Assembly: GCA_030694965.1 (NCBI GenBank)
Contig: JAUYTZ010000018.1
Span: forward strand, 81,559-145,558
Length of the DNA: 64,000 bases
Reading direction: 5' to 3'
From: Candidatus Paracaedibacteraceae bacterium
GTDB lineage: Bacteria > Pseudomonadota > Alphaproteobacteria > Paracaedibacterales > CAIOTO01
In this document: positions 60,716 to 64,000 of the stretch, one piece after another
Layout of the letters: each line of letters starts with the position of its first letter
How positions within the stretch are numbered: position 1 is the first letter of the stretch
Made by a program: the position numbers and the translations under genes
Notes under the pieces: generated by a model
What the model was told of the DNA's origin: nothing
Seen by the model: the letters and a program-made list of their open reading frames with translations, nothing else
Databases searched by the model: none

Positions 60716-63700
60716 ATGCGTAAAATGTTAACGCTAGCAGCGTTCAGTTTGAATTTTATAAGCCTTTTGAATGCCTCAACAGCACTTGATATAACCACTG
60801 CATTTTCACAAGCCAAGCTTCAAACGGCAAATTTTCAGAACAATACAACTGGGCCTGTTGATATTAATATATTAACGAATATTGTAACAATTTTAAATCC
60901 AGGTGAAGAAAAAGTAATTAATGCTGCTGGTGAAAATGGTTTTTTTATTTTAAATCAGGACAAATCTAAAAAAGTTAAAAAGGTGTTGCTGCATAATCTT
61001 GATAGAAAAGTGGCTTATAAAAAGATTACTCAAAAACATATTATTCATTTAGAAGGGGGAGAGAGTCACACGACCACTGTTTCTTTGCCTTCTTCTATAA
61101 ATGGGGCTAGCCTTGCTGATGCAAATCAAGCGTATCTAAATTGGTCTATCGACAATGGTCAATTCTCAGTTTTTGTATCTGGCGAAGATAATTTGTCAAT
61201 TTTAAGCTTAGATTTAGGTGTTAATTCTACACCCATGAATAAAGTCATTTTGGATTGCGCTGAATTTAAAACGCTTGAAGAGCAATTTGAGTCGCTTGGA
61301 GGAGAATTAATAAAAATTGATACTTCGTCAATGGCAGGCTACGTATATAACCCATGCATTATTAATTATAATGAAAAAATTTATATGACATTTCGTGTTC
61401 AAGAAGGTAGAAATAATCATTCATCGAATAGTAATATTTATTTTGCTGAAATTAGTAGCCAGTTTAAAGTTATAAAGAGCTATCCATTAATTGAAGGTAC
61501 TAAGCGCAATGCAGATGCACGTTTAAGTACTTATGCTTCAAAATTGTTTATTTCATACGTTCATGACTTTTATAAGTCAGATTATAGCTTTAGTAATTAC
61601 CACCCAAATGTTCACACTTCTTTTTTCAATCCTAACGAAACTATTCAACATACAATAAAGCCAGATATAGAAAATAATTGTACTTTTGATGCTAGGCAGA
61701 AAAATTGGCTTTTTTTTGAAAAAAGTAATAAGTTTTATATTATAGATAACATTGATCCTTTGTCTCTTTGGGACGCAACTAATAGTATAGAAAGACCGAC
61801 TAAGATCTTAGTAAAGGACAAAAAATTAAATAACTGGTGTTTTGGAGAGCCAAGAGCTTCTACAAATCCAATATTTATTGAAGAAATTGGCAAATGGCTC
61901 GTCTTGTTTCACTCATGTTTGACAAATTCAGACAATATTAGAAGTTACTTCAATGGTGCGTTATTATTTGATGATGATTTTGATATTACTCACTATACAA
62001 TGCTTCCAATTATAAGTTCAACATCGCAATACTCGCGAGGATTGTCTTATCCTCTCAATGCAATTATTCCCTATGGTTGCATTAGAAATAAGAATGACTT
62101 AGTTGTTAGTTTTGGTGTTAATGACGCTATTTCAGTTATAGGACGTTTTTCACTTAATAAGATACTTAATGCATTAAATCCGGTTAAAAACAATATCTTA
62201 TTTAATTTAAATAATAAGCAATCAGTGTATCCAAATGTATCTTTTAATATTGTTACATCAAAAGCGTTGCAAGGAGAACAAGGAGTAGTAGCTTGTTATG
62301 ATCGAGCATTAAAAGGGATTAAGCTTGGTTCTTCTAATGAAAATGAAATTATTTCAAAAGGAAAAGAAAATATTGATATTGTTTTAAGCTTTCATGGAGA
62401 AAGAATACATGATTTGATTCCAAATAATTATAGCTATTTAATTACTTCAGTAATAATGAATAATTTTTACCCTTACAATAGGGATGATGTGAAATTTCGA
62501 GCTAATTTGCAGCTTGGGAGCAATTCCTATTTAAAAGGAGTTTCAAAGTATGGAATTTTAAATAAATTCTTACTTGCACATCCCCGTACAAATTTTACTC
62601 CTTTAAATATTGATAATTTAAGTATCTTTTTTTGTGGAGGTGCTTGGGATAGTCGATACCCTAATTTATTAAATATTATGGATAACAAGCCATACTTTAA
62701 TTGGTACGGCCACCCTACTCACGGCATACCTGAAAGGAATTCGTATCGTGGCTTCAGCTCAATTCCGGCACAAACAATTAAGAAGCATGGCATTGCGCTT
62801 TTATTGCATGCTAAAGCTAATATTGAAAACTCAGAACCAGCATCAAAAATATTCGAAGCAGCTGCAGGAAGCGCTGTAATTATTTCTGATAAACTTACTT
62901 TCATAACGGAAGAGTTTGGTGATGCTGTATTTTATATTGATCAAAATGACCCTGAGGAAAAAATAGCACAAGATATTGATGGCTATTATCATTGGATTAT
63001 TACTCATCCTATTGAAGCGCAAGCAATGGCAAAAAAGGCGCATTCAATTTTTGTAGAAAGATTTACTTTAGAAGATCAACTCACTAGACTAATTAGTTTT
63101 CACCAAGAGAGCTTGCCTTTAGATGGTGAATCTATTTTATTGCCTCGAGCGCCCTTTAAAGTTCGTTCTTCTATAAATAAAAAATTTTTTGATCAGGCAA
63201 TAAATATGTTATTACCAACATCTTTGTCTATAGAAGCGAGTGATTATAACAATTTCAAACCAGTTTTTTTTGTTAAATATTTAAAAAAGGATTCTGTTTT
63301 TCCAGATGTGCCTGAATATATGGTACGGACTTCGAAAATAACTGAAATTATGGAGAACATGGCAGGTTCTAGTTGTGTAGCGCATGCTTTAGATTACGCT
63401 CCTTTGATTGCAAAAAAAATGGAACTAGAATTAGGAAGTGGCTTTTATTTTTCTGGAGTAGAAACTTTAAATTATTCTGATGTTTCTTTTTCTTGGGATG
63501 GAAATAAGTTCAAAATTTATTTTAATATAAATTCTTATGAAGAAAAATATGCGACGCAAAAATCAAAAGATCCTCTTTCAAGTTCTTTAGCGGATGCGCC
63601 AATTAAGTATTTTAGAAATGTCGACTTTATTGAGGGTTTTTCACGTTTAGAAGATTGGGGTGTGTGGACAGAAAGTAATCAATGCAAAATTAGAATAATT

Positions 63701-63997
63701 ATGAGTTCATTGGAATTAAATAAAAAATATGAGATTTCTTTTAAAATGAGTAGTTATACACCTAAAAAAGATTCATGCGTTGATTTGCAATTATTAGTAA
63801 ATAATGTAGTTGTAAACCAATCAAGATTTACAAAAGATTCAAACATGCAGACTTTATCAGTCTTTTATACTAAAGAAGTAGAAAAAGATTTAGTCATAAA
63901 TTTTTTGTTGAATGGGATTTCTTCGCCTTTTGAGAATAATGAAAATATGGATTATCGTAGATTAGGTGTTTCAATTAGGGACATTATTATTAAATAA
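60716..63997 (+). CDS. large Sec-signal multidomain protein with GT-B (CgeB/Glyco_trans_1_2-like) glycosyltransferase half and beta-rich flanking domains
   Basis: 1093 aa. Signal peptide MRKMLTLAAFSLNFISLLNASTA. Residues ~190-480 are beta-propeller-like (YNPCIINYNEKIYMTFRV, QKNWLFFEKSNKFYIID). Residues ~640-790 are GT1-like (SKIFEAAAGSAVIISD...AQAMAKKAHSIFVERFTLEDQL). The C-terminal ~130 aa are beta-sandwich-like (GFSRLEDWGVWTES...DYRRLGVSIRDIII). Confidence 0.7.
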   Translation: MRKMLTLAAFSLNFISLLNASTALDITTAFSQAKLQTANFQNNTTGPVDINILTNIVTILNPGEEKVINAAGENGFFILNQDKSKKVKKVLLHNLDRKVAYKKITQKHIIHLEGGESHTTTVSLPSSINGASLADANQAYLNWSIDNGQFSVFVSGEDNLSILSLDLGVNSTPMNKVILDCAEFKTLEEQFESLGGELIKIDTSSMAGYVYNPCIINYNEKIYMTFRVQEGRNNHSSNSNIYFAEISSQFKVIKSYPLIEGTKRNADARLSTYASKLFISYVHDFYKSDYSFSNYHPNVHTSFFNPNETIQHTIKPDIENNCTFDARQKNWLFFEKSNKFYIIDNIDPLSLWDATNSIERPTKILVKDKKLNNWCFGEPRASTNPIFIEEIGKWLVLFHSCLTNSDNIRSYFNGALLFDDDFDITHYTMLPIISSTSQYSRGLSYPLNAIIPYGCIRNKNDLVVSFGVNDAISVIGRFSLNKILNALNPVKNNILFNLNNKQSVYPNVSFNIVTSKALQGEQGVVACYDRALKGIKLGSSNENEIISKGKENIDIVLSFHGERIHDLIPNNYSYLITSVIMNNFYPYNRDDVKFRANLQLGSNSYLKGVSKYGILNKFLLAHPRTNFTPLNIDNLSIFFCGGAWDSRYPNLLNIMDNKPYFNWYGHPTHGIPERNSYRGFSSIPAQTIKKHGIALLLHAKANIENSEPASKIFEAAAGSAVIISDKLTFITEEFGDAVFYIDQNDPEEKIAQDIDGYYHWIITHPIEAQAMAKKAHSIFVERFTLEDQLTRLISFHQESLPLDGESILLPRAPFKVRSSINKKFFDQAINMLLPTSLSIEASDYNNFKPVFFVKYLKKDSVFPDVPEYMVRTSKITEIMENMAGSSCVAHALDYAPLIAKKMELELGSGFYFSGVETLNYSDVSFSWDGNKFKIYFNINSYEEKYATQKSKDPLSSSLADAPIKYFRNVDFIEGFSRLEDWGVWTESNQCKIRIIMSSLELNKKYEISFKMSSYTPKKDSCVDLQLLVNNVVVNQSRFTKDSNMQTLSVFYTKEVEKDLVINFLLNGISSPFENNENMDYRRLGVSIRDIIIK

Positions 63998-64000
63998 CTT

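Overview
AT-rich bacterial chromosome segment (roughly 40% GC by eye). It is almost certainly alphaproteobacterial: mdh-sucC-sucD-sucA-sucB gene order, ctpA followed by a Nudix/ialA-type gene, the TopA C-terminal architecture, and an initiator tRNA with only two G:C pairs in the anticodon stem. The gene content suggests a host-associated or intracellular lineage, with OPT and queuosine-precursor transporters and many Sec-signal repeat proteins; this is inference. I call about 54 CDS and 1 tRNA. I recognise no rRNA, CRISPR array, transposase, integrase or phage gene. Housekeeping backbone: dnaE, ileS, lepB, topA, petB, pgk, sodB, hfq, the TCA block, two DNA glycosylases, dapB, ubiG, lysC, accD-folC, rpsA, pgpA, dnaQ, tsaD, rppH, ctpA, rpmB, cspA and a DEAD-box helicase. 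The main accessory or unusual content is: (1) a compact, intact tssB-tssC-hcp-tssE operon (15.6-18.8 kb) with no other T6SS core gene anywhere in the 64 kb; it sits next to a cytochrome b gene that lacks its usual Rieske and cytochrome c1 partners; (2) a 1093-aa Sec-signal multidomain protein with a GT-B (CgeB-like) glycosyltransferase half, visibly more AT-rich than its surroundings; (3) a DEAD-box (DETD variant) helicase with a ~270-aa tail of about 16 GEGRSFGGDR(DR)KPS repeats; (4) a mucin-like secreted protein with 72-bp tandem repeats carrying N-x-S/T sequons and a C-terminal 8-Cys module with an RGD loop; (5) further secreted coiled-coil and repeat proteins, a secreted 462-aa protein with degenerate HD-like motifs, tandem phospholipid-N-methyltransferase-like paralogues, and a lysine/alanine-rich tail on TopA. 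All functional calls rest on motif recognition by eye. No database search was run.
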